A stretch of 64,000 nucleotides of DNA from Candidatus Multivoradales bacterium (GTDB lineage: Bacteria; Acidobacteriota; Thermoanaerobaculia; Multivoradales; J023): assembly GCA_965248925.1 (NCBI GenBank), contig CBDFLE010000006.1, positions 3,584,001-3,648,000 of the forward strand, given 5' to 3'. Positions 10,260 to 21,017 of the stretch are shown here, one piece after another. The notes beneath the pieces were generated by a model that had not been told where the DNA came from, made no database searches, and saw only the letters and a program-made list of their open reading frames with translations. A program made the translations under genes and the position numbers. Within the stretch, counting starts at the first letter, position 1. Every line of letters starts with the position of its first letter.

Positions 10260-11681
10260 ATGGTTTTCACTTCCCACGTTTTCGTCTTTTATTTCCTGCC
10301 CCTGGTTCTCGCCTCTTACTACCTGGCGCCAGCTCGGCTGCGCAATACCGTGTTGTTGCTGGCGAGCTACCTCTTCTACGCGTGGTGGAGTCCGTGGTTC
10401 GTCACCTTGATGGCGGCTTCGACGTTGATCGACTATGGCTGTGGCCACTTGCTAGGGGAGCCTCTACGCTCGCCCCGGCTTCGTCGGCTGCTGTTGACCT
10501 GCTCGGTGAGCGCCAATCTAGGTTTGCTGGGCTTCTTCAAGTACAGCGGTTGGCTGTTGCGCACTGTTGAGCCGCTGTGGCGGGTGGTGGGCGGTGGTGC
10601 TCTGCCGTTGTGGCATGTGGTGTTGCCGGTGGGGATCTCGTTCTACACCTTCCAGTCGATGTCATACACCATCGACCTCTATAGGCAGCGGACTCGGCCG
10701 GCGGCTTCGCTGCTCGACTTCGCCGCTTATGTGTCGTTGTTTCCGCAATTAGTAGCTGGGCCGATCGTACGCTATCGCGAGTTGGCCGATCAGTTGCGGC
10801 ACCGCAGCCACTCGTTCGACCGGCTGGCCTTGGGGCTGTCCTATTTTGCTTTTGGTTTTGCCAAGAAGTTGGTGCTTGCCGACAATCTGGCGCCCATCGC
10901 CGACGCTGCTTTCGAGGTCGATGCCGCCAGTTGGCATCTGGCTTGGATCGGCGCAATAGCCTATGGGTTGCAAATTTACTTCGACTTCTCGGGCTACTCT
11001 GACATGGCGATCGGGCTGGGCCACATGTTTGGTTTTCGCCTGCCGCGCAACTTCGCTTCGCCGTATCGAGCCGAGTCGATCACCGACTTTTGGCGCCGTT
11101 GGCATATCTCCCTCTCGACCTGGTTGCGGGACTATCTCTACGTCCCGCTGGGTGGCAACCGGTTGGGCAGACGGCGGACCTATCTCAATCTCAGCGCTAC
11201 GATGCTGCTCGGCGGTCTGTGGCACGGCGCGCAGTGGAGTTTTGTCTTGTGGGGGGCCTGGCATGGCCTGCTGCTCGCCGCTGAACGGGCTCTGGGCAAG
11301 AGCAGTCCATGGGCCTCGCTACCGCGGCCCTTGCGAGTCTTGGCAACGATGTTCTTGGTGACCCTCGGTTGGGTCCTGTTTCGCGCTCCCAGTTTGGCCG
11401 ACGCCGGGCGGTATCTGGCCAGCATGTTCAGCTGGCGGCTGCCGACTGCGAGCTCGTCGGTGGCCGAAGCGGTGGTCTATGCTCCATTTCCGCTGTTGAT
11501 CCTGGGGCTCGCCGCCATCCTCGCTAGCTTGCCCCGGCGCACCGAACATTGGGTGGAGGGTCCTGCCGGCGGCTTGCAGACCTCGTTCTGGCGAGTCGTT
11601 TGGGTCCCGGTGTTATTCTTCTTGGGCTTGCTCGAGTTGGCGTTGTCGGGGCATCAGCCTTTCTTGTATTTTCAGTTCTAA
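10260..11681 (+). CDS. MBOAT O-acyltransferase (AlgI/PatA-like)
   Basis: LPVGISFYTFQ, FPQLVAGPI, FDFSGYSDMA, FWRRWHISLS, GLWHGA. Confidence 0.93.
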   Translation: MVFTSHVFVFYFLPLVLASYYLAPARLRNTVLLLASYLFYAWWSPWFVTLMAASTLIDYGCGHLLGEPLRSPRLRRLLLTCSVSANLGLLGFFKYSGWLLRTVEPLWRVVGGGALPLWHVVLPVGISFYTFQSMSYTIDLYRQRTRPAASLLDFAAYVSLFPQLVAGPIVRYRELADQLRHRSHSFDRLALGLSYFAFGFAKKLVLADNLAPIADAAFEVDAASWHLAWIGAIAYGLQIYFDFSGYSDMAIGLGHMFGFRLPRNFASPYRAESITDFWRRWHISLSTWLRDYLYVPLGGNRLGRRRTYLNLSATMLLGGLWHGAQWSFVLWGAWHGLLLAAERALGKSSPWASLPRPLRVLATMFLVTLGWVLFRAPSLADAGRYLASMFSWRLPTASSSVAEAVVYAPFPLLILGLAAILASLPRRTEHWVEGPAGGLQTSFWRVVWVPVLFFLGLLELALSGHQPFLYFQF

Positions 11682-11692
11682 GAGTCTGAGCA

Positions 11693-13249
11693 ATGCATCG
11701 AGCCGAGCCCCAGAGTTCCCCCGACGACCGTTCGCCAAGGCCGGTGGTGGTTGGGGTCTTGATCAGCATGGGTCTGCTGATCCTGGCTCCACCGCTCTAC
11801 CAGCTGTTGACTGACCTGGCGCTGGGTGCGCGGCCGGTGCTTGCCGATCTGGGTAGCGCTGCCCCCAAGAGTGCGCGTCTGCGGCAACTCGAAAGGCGTT
11901 TGCAGAAGCACTCCGCAATCGAAGGTTGGCTGCGACCGCGCTGGGCGGCGCTCGGTGACCATTTGCTCGAGCGAGGCAACGATCAAGTGAGCTTTGGTCG
12001 TGGCGATGGGCTTTTTCTGCGCGACAGCCTGCGCTATCTCTGGGCACCAGCCTACGGCTCTCCGCGGGCGGAGCGAGCCCTTGGACCGCCTGCGGGAGAG
12101 GATCCTCTGGCGGTGATTCTCGATTTTCACCGCCAGCTGAAAGAGCGCGATATCGAGCTGCTCTTGCTGCCGGTGCCGACCAAAGCAACGGTGCAACCCG
12201 ATCGTCTAGGGCGGCGCCTGGCTGCCGAGTCGAGACCGCAGAATCCTGGCTTTGGTGCCTTTGTGCAGACTTTGACCGCGGCGGGTGTCGAGGTCTTCGA
12301 TCCTACGGCCAGCCTGCTCGAAGCTCGGCGGCAGCGGACCGGGGTTTTCCTGGTCCGCGATACTCATTGGTCGCCGGAAGGTATGCGACGGGTGGCTGAG
12401 GAACTTGCGGAGCGGACTCGGCAGCAGTCCCTTTGGCACCTGCTCGGCCCGACAGCGGCGGCTTTCGACGAGCGCCATGTGACGGTCGAGGGAGAGGGAG
12501 ATCTGGCCGCCTTGCTCGATTCGGCGGGGTGGCTGGAGAGCCAGCCAATGCGGGTCGACGTTCAGCAAGTGATCGCCCGTCGCGATGGGCGGCCGCCCAT
12601 CGACCGTCGATCGCCGCTGCTCTTGCTGGGCGACAGTTTTACCCAGGTTTATGCCAACGCCGAGCTGGGTTTCGGTATCCGTGGCGGCTTGGGGGAGAGC
12701 CTGGCTGCCGAGCTTGGGCTGCCGATCGATGTGATCGCCATACCCGGAGGTGGCGCCAATCGCGCACGTCAAGCGTTGGCCTTGCGCCGCGCTGGCCTGG
12801 CCGGCAAACGCTTGGTGATTTGGCAGATCAGCCAGCGCGATCTGCTCTTCGCCCGCGAAGGGTGGTCGCGGGTCGAATTGCCACCGGTCGTCGCCTTCTC
12901 GCCGGCCGAACCTACCGCCGAGCGGATGCGGCATAAGGTGCTGGCTTTCGTCGAGCAGATGACTCCGCTGCCGCCGGTGCTGGACTATGCGGAGTGTTTG
13001 ATCAGTGCCGAGTATTGGCTGATCGATGGCTATTTACCGGTGGAAACACAGCGCGTTTTCTACGTTTTCCACCCTGGCTGGAGCGATTTCAAGCCTAGTC
13101 GCTGGGCGCACCTCGCTCCCAGCACGGTGCTGGAGTTGGAATTGGAGCCGTTGGCCGAGCATGTCGATCTTGAGGATTCTTGTTGGATCGACAGGGTTGG
13201 AGTTCGGGGTCGCCCCTGGTGGGTGATCTCGGCGCGGGAGCATCGCTGA
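11693..13249 (+). CDS. AlgJ/AlgX-like SGNH O-acetyltransferase
   Basis: PVPTK, DTHWS and LLLGDSF motifs; N-terminal TM; follows the MBOAT gene. Confidence 0.8.
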   Translation: MHRAEPQSSPDDRSPRPVVVGVLISMGLLILAPPLYQLLTDLALGARPVLADLGSAAPKSARLRQLERRLQKHSAIEGWLRPRWAALGDHLLERGNDQVSFGRGDGLFLRDSLRYLWAPAYGSPRAERALGPPAGEDPLAVILDFHRQLKERDIELLLLPVPTKATVQPDRLGRRLAAESRPQNPGFGAFVQTLTAAGVEVFDPTASLLEARRQRTGVFLVRDTHWSPEGMRRVAEELAERTRQQSLWHLLGPTAAAFDERHVTVEGEGDLAALLDSAGWLESQPMRVDVQQVIARRDGRPPIDRRSPLLLLGDSFTQVYANAELGFGIRGGLGESLAAELGLPIDVIAIPGGGANRARQALALRRAGLAGKRLVIWQISQRDLLFAREGWSRVELPPVVAFSPAEPTAERMRHKVLAFVEQMTPLPPVLDYAECLISAEYWLIDGYLPVETQRVFYVFHPGWSDFKPSRWAHLAPSTVLELELEPLAEHVDLEDSCWIDRVGVRGRPWWVISAREHR

Positions 13250-14388
13250 TGAAGGGTCGCAGCGGAGTTCTCACCCTGGTCGGCTTGGCCTGGTTGCTGG
13301 GGCTGGGGGGTTGTCGACCGTCACCGGCGGGAGATCCCGAGGCGACCACGGCGAGCCAGAGAATCGCCCGGTTGCGAGCCGAGACTGCCAGTGCGATGGA
13401 GTTGCTGGCTGACCCCCCGCCGTGGCTTGCCGCCTTGCCAGAACTCGACAATCGTGATCGGCCGAGTCCCTCCGGTTTTCTCGCCCGGGCTTCTTCCGAG
13501 CGGGTGATCTGGGACGGTGAGTTGGTCGATCGGGTGATCGAGCCACTGCCCGAGGATCGCCAAGAGTGGCGCGGGCCGCTGGCCACTCTGGTTGCTTTTG
13601 CCGACGATTTGCGGCGGCTGAAGATTGACCTGCTGGTGGTGCCGATTCCGCCACGGGCGGCGGTGCTGTCACAAGAGCTACTCGGCGAGGCGGCCGAGCA
13701 ACGACTGTACGACGGGCATTTTCGCCGTTTCTTGCTAGCTCTGGAGGAGCAAGGGGTCGAGGTGGTGGATTTGCTGCCGGGGCTCCGGCGCCAGCCTCAC
13801 CGCGAATTTACCGGTGAGCTGCCAGCGGACATTGCGACTTTTCGCGAATCGGTTTTTCGCCGCCAGGACAGCCATTGGACGACCTATGGCAGTGGCCAGG
13901 CGGCAGTCGCCATTGCCCAGCGTGTTCGCCGTTTTGCTTGGTTTGCCGGGGTGGCCCAGGTGCAAGGTCGGGCGCGGTTGGTCAGTGAGGTGGAATGGAA
14001 ACGGCGACTGGGACCGATCGCCCGTCGCTTGCAAGCAGCGTCGCGGCCACCTGCCGAGATCGAGCCCGAACTGTATTTGCGGCGGCGAGTGCGAATCGTT
14101 GGCGAGCGCTGGAGTTTTGAGCATCGGCAGTCGCCGGTGCTGCTGATCGGCGACAGTTTTGTGCAACCTCAACACGGCTTGGCCGACCACCTGCTCGAAG
14201 AGCTTGGCTTCAGGGTCGATCGGATTGGGGTTAGTGGTGAGATCCCATCGGGCGCGCTCACCGCTCTGGCCTACCGCGGCGACCGGCTGCGCGGCAAGCG
14301 CCTGGTGATCTGGGTCTTTGCCAGCTACTCGCTAAATCGCTGGCAGCAGTGGCGGCCGGTGCCAATGAGCGGCGCAGAAGGCGAGTAA
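13249..14388 (+). CDS. Second AlgJ/AlgX-like protein, probable lipoprotein
   Basis: DSHWT and LLIGDSF motifs; lipobox LGG-C; TGATG coupling. Confidence 0.75.
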   Translation: MKGRSGVLTLVGLAWLLGLGGCRPSPAGDPEATTASQRIARLRAETASAMELLADPPPWLAALPELDNRDRPSPSGFLARASSERVIWDGELVDRVIEPLPEDRQEWRGPLATLVAFADDLRRLKIDLLVVPIPPRAAVLSQELLGEAAEQRLYDGHFRRFLLALEEQGVEVVDLLPGLRRQPHREFTGELPADIATFRESVFRRQDSHWTTYGSGQAAVAIAQRVRRFAWFAGVAQVQGRARLVSEVEWKRRLGPIARRLQAASRPPAEIEPELYLRRRVRIVGERWSFEHRQSPVLLIGDSFVQPQHGLADHLLEELGFRVDRIGVSGEIPSGALTALAYRGDRLRGKRLVIWVFASYSLNRWQQWRPVPMSGAEGE

Positions 14389-14398
14389 TCCCGGCCGG

Positions 14399-15775
14399 CT
14401 ACACCACCCCGTAAGCCAGCATGGCATCGGCAACTTTCACGAAGCCGGCGACATTGGCGCCGCGCACGTAGTTGACGTAGTTGTCAGCGCCGTTGCCGTG
14501 CTCGACGCAGCGGCGATGGATATTGGCCATGATTTCCTGCAAGCGCTGATCGACCTCTTCTCGGGTCCAGGAGATGCGCAGCGCGTTCTGACTTTGTTCT
14601 AGCCCGGACACTGCCACCCCGCCGGCGTTGGCTGCTTTGCCGGGACCGAACAGCACTTTGGCTTCGAGGAAGGCATGCACGGCGTGCAAGTCGCAGGGCA
14701 TGTTGGCGCCTTCGGCCACTGCCTTTACACCGTTGGCGATCAATTTGCGGGCATCGTCAAGATTGAGTTCGTTTTGGGTTGCGGAGGGGAATGCGAGGTC
14801 CACTGGGATACCCCATGGCCGCTGATTCTTGAGGTACCGGGCGCTGGCGAAGCGGCGGGCGTACTTGCTGATGCGCCCACGGCGCACCTCTTTGAGATTC
14901 TTCAACCAAGCCAACTTATCCTCGTCGATACCCTCGGCATCGTAAATCGTGCCCGAGGAGTCCGAGGCGGTCACTACCTTGGCGCCGAGCTGGATAAGCC
15001 GCTCGATGGTGTAGAGCGCTACGTTGCCGGAGCCGGACACCGCACAGATCTTGCCCTCTAAGTCCTCGCCGGCGTGCTCGAGCATGTTTTGCATGAAGTA
15101 GACCGTGCCGTAGCCGGTAGCTTCGGTTCGCACCAGGCTGCCGCCGAAGCTCAATCCCTTGCCGGTGAGGATGCCGGCAAAGCGGTTCTGCATCCGCTTG
15201 TACTGGCCGAACATGTAGCTGATCTCGCGCCCGCCGACGCCAATGTCGCCCGCCGGAACATCGGTGTCTTCGCCGATGTGGCGGTGCAGCTCGATCATCA
15301 GCGAATGGCAGAAGCGCATCACTTCGCGGTCGCTTTTTCCCTTGGGATTGAAGTTCGAGCCTCCCTTGCCGCCGCCCAGGGGCAGCCCGGTGAGGCTGTT
15401 CTTGAACACCTGCTCGAAGCCGAGAAACTTGAGCACGCTGAGATCGACTGAGGGGTGGAAGCGCATCCCGCCCTTGTAGGGGCCGATAGAATTGTTGAAT
15501 TGTACTCGCCAGGCGCGATTGGCGCGGATATTACCTTTGTCGTCTTCCCAGGTGACTCTGAAGATAATGATCCGATCGGGCTCGGTCATCCGTTCGAGGA
15601 TCTGGGCCTCGCGATACTGCGGATGCTCGATGACGAACGGCATCAAGCTCTCGACCACCTCGCGCACCGCTTGATGAAACTCATGCTCGCCCGGATTGCG
15701 CCGCACCAGCCCGAGCATGAACTTCCGTACCTCGGTCTTCGGGTTCGCCTTCGCCGCTTTTGCCGCCTGCGTCAT
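14399..15775 (-). CDS. gdhA: NADP-specific glutamate dehydrogenase
   Basis: GPYKGGMRFHP, GGGKGG, DVPAGDIG, SGSGNVA, EGANMP. Confidence 0.97.
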   Translation of the reverse strand: MTQAAKAAKANPKTEVRKFMLGLVRRNPGEHEFHQAVREVVESLMPFVIEHPQYREAQILERMTEPDRIIIFRVTWEDDKGNIRANRAWRVQFNNSIGPYKGGMRFHPSVDLSVLKFLGFEQVFKNSLTGLPLGGGKGGSNFNPKGKSDREVMRFCHSLMIELHRHIGEDTDVPAGDIGVGGREISYMFGQYKRMQNRFAGILTGKGLSFGGSLVRTEATGYGTVYFMQNMLEHAGEDLEGKICAVSGSGNVALYTIERLIQLGAKVVTASDSSGTIYDAEGIDEDKLAWLKNLKEVRRGRISKYARRFASARYLKNQRPWGIPVDLAFPSATQNELNLDDARKLIANGVKAVAEGANMPCDLHAVHAFLEAKVLFGPGKAANAGGVAVSGLEQSQNALRISWTREEVDQRLQEIMANIHRRCVEHGNGADNYVNYVRGANVAGFVKVADAMLAYGVV

Positions 15776-15911
15776 GCCGATACCTCCTGACCGTGTCGGG
15801 AATCCCGACCGACCAGCTATAGAAGGTTCTTCGAGGGGTCGTGTCCAGCGAGGGATGGTAACCGTTTTTGCCCAAATTTGGCAGCTCTTGAGCAGAAATT
15901 GCTGTCCTTGC

Positions 15912-16346
15912 TTAGACCGCGGAGGTGGTATAGAGCCGCAGCATGGTCTCGAAATGCCGCTGGCGAGTTCGCAAGCGCTCTTCTTTCTCGGTCTTCTCCA
16001 ACCATGCTTGCTGTATCGATGCCTCGAATGCGTGGCGGCGAGTGCGCCGTAGGTCTTCGAGTAATTCTTCGCTCAGAATTTTTTTTTCTGGCAACAGCCA
16101 GCTCTCGGAGCGCCTGGCGGCAACCATTTCGCTGGCTTGCTGGCGCAGTGTCCGCCGGCGTACCCACTGATTGTCGTCTTCAAGCAGCTGGCTCCACTTG
16201 CCGTGGCGCATTACTTCGAGCATTTCGGGCAGGTTCTCACCGAGGACTTCCTCGATCAGCCGCTGGGCCATCAGATCTTCGGTGAGCAGGGCCACCAGGC
16301 GCAGAGCGTTTTTCATCGATCTCCCAACGGTGACAGCCGGCGGCAT
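15912..16346 (-). CDS. Hypothetical charged helical protein
   Basis: Protein-like composition filling an intergenic gap; start may be 16316. Confidence 0.45.
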   Translation of the reverse strand: MPPAVTVGRSMKNALRLVALLTEDLMAQRLIEEVLGENLPEMLEVMRHGKWSQLLEDDNQWVRRRTLRQQASEMVAARRSESWLLPEKKILSEELLEDLRRTRRHAFEASIQQAWLEKTEKEERLRTRQRHFETMLRLYTTSAV

Positions 16347-16569
16347 TCGCTGACGTCAATTGGAGTATTCATGTTATGCCTTAGATTACACTAGCCAACT
16401 GTGCACCAGATCTCACCACGGCTGGAAAACTTGCCCGCTGCTAGCCGCGTACCAGGTAGAAGCTGATAGAAAGGTCACGAACCACTGGTTACCGGCTCCC
16501 GGTGTCGCCCTCCTACTAGGAGCAGTGCGGAGGTGAGCGGTCGCCGGCTTGCAAGGAGGTAGATTCGCT

Positions 16570-17841
16570 ATGAGTAAACCACCCGTCGCCAAGGTTGCTG
16601 GCCGTAAGCTAGCTCTGGCCCTGCTGTTGATCTCTGTCGCCCTGGTGGCGACGCTGGCTGCCGAGCCGGCGTCGCGGTGGGCGCAATGGGGCGGCCCGAA
16701 CCGCGATTTCCAGGCTCCCGCTGCCGGGTTGGCCGCGAGCTGGCCGGAGGATGGCCCCAAGAAGCTGTGGAGCCGCGATTTGGGGGATGGCTATTCGACC
16801 GTCTTGGTCGATGGCGAACGTCTCTACACCATGTACCGCGCCGCGGACAAAGAGGCGGTGATTGCCCTCGAGCGCAAGACCGGAAAGACCATCTGGGAGC
16901 AGCGCTACGACTCGGCGCCGCGCGATGGGCATATCAGTCAATTCGGCGACGGGCCGCGGGCAACGCCGCTGCTCAGCGGTGATCGGCTCTACACCATCGG
17001 TGTCTCCGGCATGATGCACAGCCTGAAGACCGCGGACGGCTCCGTGGTGTGGTCGCACGATCTGTGGGGCGAGGGCTTTGACGGCAGTTTCCTCAACCAC
17101 GGCTATTCGTCGAGCCCGGTGGAGTATGGCGATACGGTCATCGCGCTGGTAGGTGGCGAGGGCGCGAGCCTGGTGGCTTTCGCCAAGCAAGACGGCAAGG
17201 TGGTGTGGAAGAGCCAGAGTTTCAAGAACAGCTATTCAGCACCACAGATTCTGCATGCCGCCGGCCGTGATCAGCTGATCACCTACATGGCCGAGGAGCT
17301 GGTCGGCATCGATCCCGCGACCGGTGAGCTGCTGTGGCGCTACGAGATTGCCAATCAGTGGAAACAGAACATCAGCATGCCGGTGCTGGTCGAGGGGCGC
17401 TATCTCTTCCTGACCTCCATTCAGGCTGGTGCTCGGGGTCTCGAGTTGGTCGCGAAAGACGGCAAGATTGAAGTGCTAGAGCATTGGTCGACGCGTAAGA
17501 TCCAGTTGCATCATTCGAACGTGGTTCGTCAGGGTGATTGGGTCTATGGCACCACCGGCGGCGGTGGGGTCTACTTCATGGCGGCGGTCAATGCCAGGAC
17601 CGGCGAGATCGGCTGGCGAAAACGGGGCTTTGCTAAAGCCAACTGCATTGGCGCCGACGGCAAGCTGCTGATTCTCGATGAGAATGGCAAACTTTATCTG
17701 GCCACCGCGACGCCAGAAGACTTGGTGATTCATGCTGAGGCGCAGATTCTGGAGAAAGCCGCCTGGACGGCTCCCACCATTGTTGGTAACACGATGTATG
17801 TGCGCGATCTGAAGACCATCGCGGCCCTCGATCTAAGCTAG
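16570..17841 (+). CDS. Secreted PQQ-binding-like beta-propeller protein
   Basis: Signal peptide, WAQWGGPNRD, repeated 'A(L/V)...(T/D)GKxxW' PQQ-type blades; RBS aggagg upstream. Confidence 0.85.
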   Translation: MSKPPVAKVAGRKLALALLLISVALVATLAAEPASRWAQWGGPNRDFQAPAAGLAASWPEDGPKKLWSRDLGDGYSTVLVDGERLYTMYRAADKEAVIALERKTGKTIWEQRYDSAPRDGHISQFGDGPRATPLLSGDRLYTIGVSGMMHSLKTADGSVVWSHDLWGEGFDGSFLNHGYSSSPVEYGDTVIALVGGEGASLVAFAKQDGKVVWKSQSFKNSYSAPQILHAAGRDQLITYMAEELVGIDPATGELLWRYEIANQWKQNISMPVLVEGRYLFLTSIQAGARGLELVAKDGKIEVLEHWSTRKIQLHHSNVVRQGDWVYGTTGGGGVYFMAAVNARTGEIGWRKRGFAKANCIGADGKLLILDENGKLYLATATPEDLVIHAEAQILEKAAWTAPTIVGNTMYVRDLKTIAALDLS

Positions 17842-17861
17842 CTGGCAAGGAGGAAGAATCG

Positions 17862-18650
17862 ATGATGAAGAAAGCAATCACGGTTGTCGCGATGCTTGGT
17901 TGTCTGCTGGCCCTGCCTGGCCGAGGCGAGGAGCCGGCTGCTGCTGCGCCAGTCGAGGACACTCGGGCGGCGGCGCTCGAGGTCCTGGAGAAGGCCGGAG
18001 CAGCTGCCGCCAAGGTGCGTTCGGTGCGCTTCAAGGCATTCACCAAACCCACCGGTATCGTCAACAGTTTCGTCGGCTCGGCAGCGGGCGAGGGCTACAT
18101 GGAAGGTTGGGATGCTGCGACCCAGCGGCCGCAGAAGTTTTGGGTCCATGTCCAGGCCAGTCCTCCCGGAAAGGAAGAGACCTCAGAGCTGACCGGCGGT
18201 GGTGACGGGGAGACCTACTTCCTGATCGACCATAAGAACAAGAAAGCTTATGAGGATCTGGATCCAGGAGTTCTCGGTACGGGTGGCCAGACCTTGCAGA
18301 CGATCGGCTTGGTGCAGTTCGTTCACCCCGACCCATACCAGCGCGAACTCGAGGGCAAGAGCCTCGAACTGTTGGGAACCGAGAAGGTGAGTGGTGTCGA
18401 GTGCTACCTGGTCAAGGTTGCCTACGCTGGCGGAGGTCCGGGTGGAGCGGAAGTTGGCTCGATCTGGAGCTTTTCGACCGAGGACTATCTGCCCCGCCGG
18501 CGGGTGCGGCAGTTCGCCGTGCCGCAGCAGGGCGTGGGAGAGCTGGAGATCGTCCTCACCGATCTAGAGATCGATGCCGAGGTCACAGCTGATCTGTTCA
18601 AGCTCAAGTTGCCCGAGGGTTACGAGCAGATCGACGACTTCGCTCCCTGA
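17862..18650 (+). CDS. Secreted LolA-like fold protein
   Basis: Signal peptide; 'GTEKVSGVECY' and C-terminal 'DLFKLKLPEG' typical of LolA-like sorting proteins. Confidence 0.55.
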   Translation: MMKKAITVVAMLGCLLALPGRGEEPAAAAPVEDTRAAALEVLEKAGAAAAKVRSVRFKAFTKPTGIVNSFVGSAAGEGYMEGWDAATQRPQKFWVHVQASPPGKEETSELTGGGDGETYFLIDHKNKKAYEDLDPGVLGTGGQTLQTIGLVQFVHPDPYQRELEGKSLELLGTEKVSGVECYLVKVAYAGGGPGGAEVGSIWSFSTEDYLPRRRVRQFAVPQQGVGELEIVLTDLEIDAEVTADLFKLKLPEGYEQIDDFAP

Positions 18651-18715
18651 GCGGAGCTTTTGCTCTCTGTCTGTGCGCCGATCTACGAATGGGTGCCTGC
18701 CAGCCAAAGACCGTG

Positions 18716-21004
18716 CTAGGCACTCTCTTTGGCTGGTAGTAGATCCGCTTTCTTGGCGTTGCGGAAGCGATGGAGAGTCGAGATCCCGCCACCGATGAGA
18801 ATCACGTAGAGTCCGTACCAGACCAGCCGGATCAGCGGCTTGCGGGTCAGGTCCAACGAAAGCTTGGCTGCCTCTGCCGGCTTGGAATCCAGCCCAGCAA
18901 GATCCAGTTGCACCTTGCCGTTGGCCGGTCGAATACCGGTCATGGCGATCATCCCGCCCCCTGGCAGGCCGACCGATGGAGTGACCACTCGGCCACCACT
19001 TAGGAAGTTGTAGGCGGTTTGTAGCGGTGTTGCCACGCCATCGCGGATGATCTCCAAGTTAGCGGTCAAGGTCATCGGGCCGCCGCGGTTGAGGGCCGGC
19101 ATCTGGCGCCGGATCTCGGCCATGTCGAGACCCAGGAAATGCACCTCGATGTCGCCAACTTGGGCGCTCTCGCCGCCGGCTAACACCAGCCGGCGCTCGA
19201 CCCCTGGCGGTTGCGCCGGTTCGTATTGGATCGGCGAGAAGTAGAGGTCTTGTAGCAGTTCTCTGCGGATGTCCGGGTTGGGCATCAACTGCCGGGTGCG
19301 ATCGTTGATGAACAGTTTTGGATAGGCCAGGAAGGTCTTACCATCAGCCGTCGCCACCTGCACCTCCATGCTCTCCTTCTGCCGCCCTTGACGGGGGACA
19401 AAGCGGTTGAAGGTCAGGGTCAGGCCGTCGACCAACTGCGGCACTCCCTGCACCAAGGTGACCTTAGTGCTGCGGTCATAGGCCGAAGAGGCCAGCACGC
19501 CGATCAACATGATGCCGACGCCGACATGCGATAGATAGCCGCCGGCTCGACCCAAGCCACCGCTCCGGGACAGTTCGAGGGTCTTGTGCAGGTTGGCGAA
19601 CAAAGCGCAAGCGGCGAGCAACACCAGCAGGATATGAAAAGGCTCGTGCACTCCCAGCCCGACCGCCAGAATGGCGATCAGCACGCCACCAACCGTCGCT
19701 GGTACTAGTTTGCGGGCCAGCTGCCGCGGCTCAGTACCCTTCCAAGTCAGGAACGGCACTGCGGCCATCAGCAGGGCGACCAGGATGGTTAACGGCGAGT
19801 TCACCCGATTGTAGAACTCCGGCCCCACTTGCGCTTGGTTGTCCATCATGCCGGCGGAGATCAGCAGCTTGGTGATCAGCGGTCCCGAGGTCCCAAGGGT
19901 AATCACGATCGCTGAGAGCAGCACCGTGGAGGTACCCAGCACGAGAAAGAAACCGCGCGACAAGAAGGTGTCGCTATTGGGCTGGGTGGCGACCTTGGGC
20001 AAGCGGAAGATCAGTAGCCCCAGCGACAGCAGGCCATAGAAAAGTAGGATCGCCAGCAGCCAGCGCGACAGCCCGAGGTCGACGAAGCTATGCACCGAGA
20101 AATCAGCCAGAACGCCCGAGCGGGTCAGGAAGGTGCCATACAGTACCGACATGTAGAGCAGACAGGCCAGCACCAGATTGGCGCGGCGAAAGCGCCCGCG
20201 AGTGCGTTCCAAGTAGAGGCCGTGGATTAGCACTATGCCGATCAGCCAGGGAATCAGCGAGGCGTTCTCGACCGGATCCCAGCCCCAATAACCGCCCCAG
20301 CCGAGGGTGCGGTAGGCCCAATAGCCGCCCATCAGGATGGCTGTGCCGAGCACCATGAAGCCACCCAGGGCCCAAGGAAATGCGCGGGCCGCCCAGCGCC
20401 GGGTGTCGCCGCGCAGCATGGCGCCGACCGCGAACGAGAATGGAATCGCCCCCGCCGCATAGCCGATGAACATCACCGGAGGGTGGATCACCATCCAATC
20501 GTCTTGCAGCAGCGGATTGAGTCCTTCGCCGTCGACCGGGGTGTGGTCGAGCATCACGAAAGGGTTCTCGCGCACCAAGATGAAGAGCAGGCCGAAAACG
20601 GTCAGGGTGTAGACGAACATCACCGACGCTTCGTCTTTGCCGCAGGTGCGCCGGACCAGCAAGCCGATCAGCGAAGCCCACAGCAGCCAGATCATGAAGC
20701 TGCCTTTCTGGCCGGCCCAGAAAGCGGCGAATTGGAAGCGCTCGGAGAGGTCGAGGCCCGAGTACTGGAAGACGTACTCAATGCGGAAATCGCGCCGCAC
20801 CAGGCAGATCCCTAGAATGACCGCGGACAACACAATCGACAGGGCGTAGAAACTGTAGGCGCGCTGGGCGAAACGCAGGGTGGCGGCGTCACCTCCAGAG
20901 CGCATTGCCTGGCTGTAACCCCACAGAGCGGCGACGGCAAAGAACAGCGCGCACCAGATCGGCACCGCGCCAGGCAGATACAGAGTGGAGATTTGCGACA
21001 GCAT
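18716..21004 (-). CDS. ccmF: Cytochrome c biogenesis heme lyase
   Basis: GLNPLLQ, IHPP, WGGYWGWDPVEN, GTFLTRSG..SVHSF; start ATG 21004. Confidence 0.92.
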   Translation of the reverse strand: MLSQISTLYLPGAVPIWCALFFAVAALWGYSQAMRSGGDAATLRFAQRAYSFYALSIVLSAVILGICLVRRDFRIEYVFQYSGLDLSERFQFAAFWAGQKGSFMIWLLWASLIGLLVRRTCGKDEASVMFVYTLTVFGLLFILVRENPFVMLDHTPVDGEGLNPLLQDDWMVIHPPVMFIGYAAGAIPFSFAVGAMLRGDTRRWAARAFPWALGGFMVLGTAILMGGYWAYRTLGWGGYWGWDPVENASLIPWLIGIVLIHGLYLERTRGRFRRANLVLACLLYMSVLYGTFLTRSGVLADFSVHSFVDLGLSRWLLAILLFYGLLSLGLLIFRLPKVATQPNSDTFLSRGFFLVLGTSTVLLSAIVITLGTSGPLITKLLISAGMMDNQAQVGPEFYNRVNSPLTILVALLMAAVPFLTWKGTEPRQLARKLVPATVGGVLIAILAVGLGVHEPFHILLVLLAACALFANLHKTLELSRSGGLGRAGGYLSHVGVGIMLIGVLASSAYDRSTKVTLVQGVPQLVDGLTLTFNRFVPRQGRQKESMEVQVATADGKTFLAYPKLFINDRTRQLMPNPDIRRELLQDLYFSPIQYEPAQPPGVERRLVLAGGESAQVGDIEVHFLGLDMAEIRRQMPALNRGGPMTLTANLEIIRDGVATPLQTAYNFLSGGRVVTPSVGLPGGGMIAMTGIRPANGKVQLDLAGLDSKPAEAAKLSLDLTRKPLIRLVWYGLYVILIGGGISTLHRFRNAKKADLLPAKESA

Positions 21005-21017
21005 GGCCGGACGCGGC

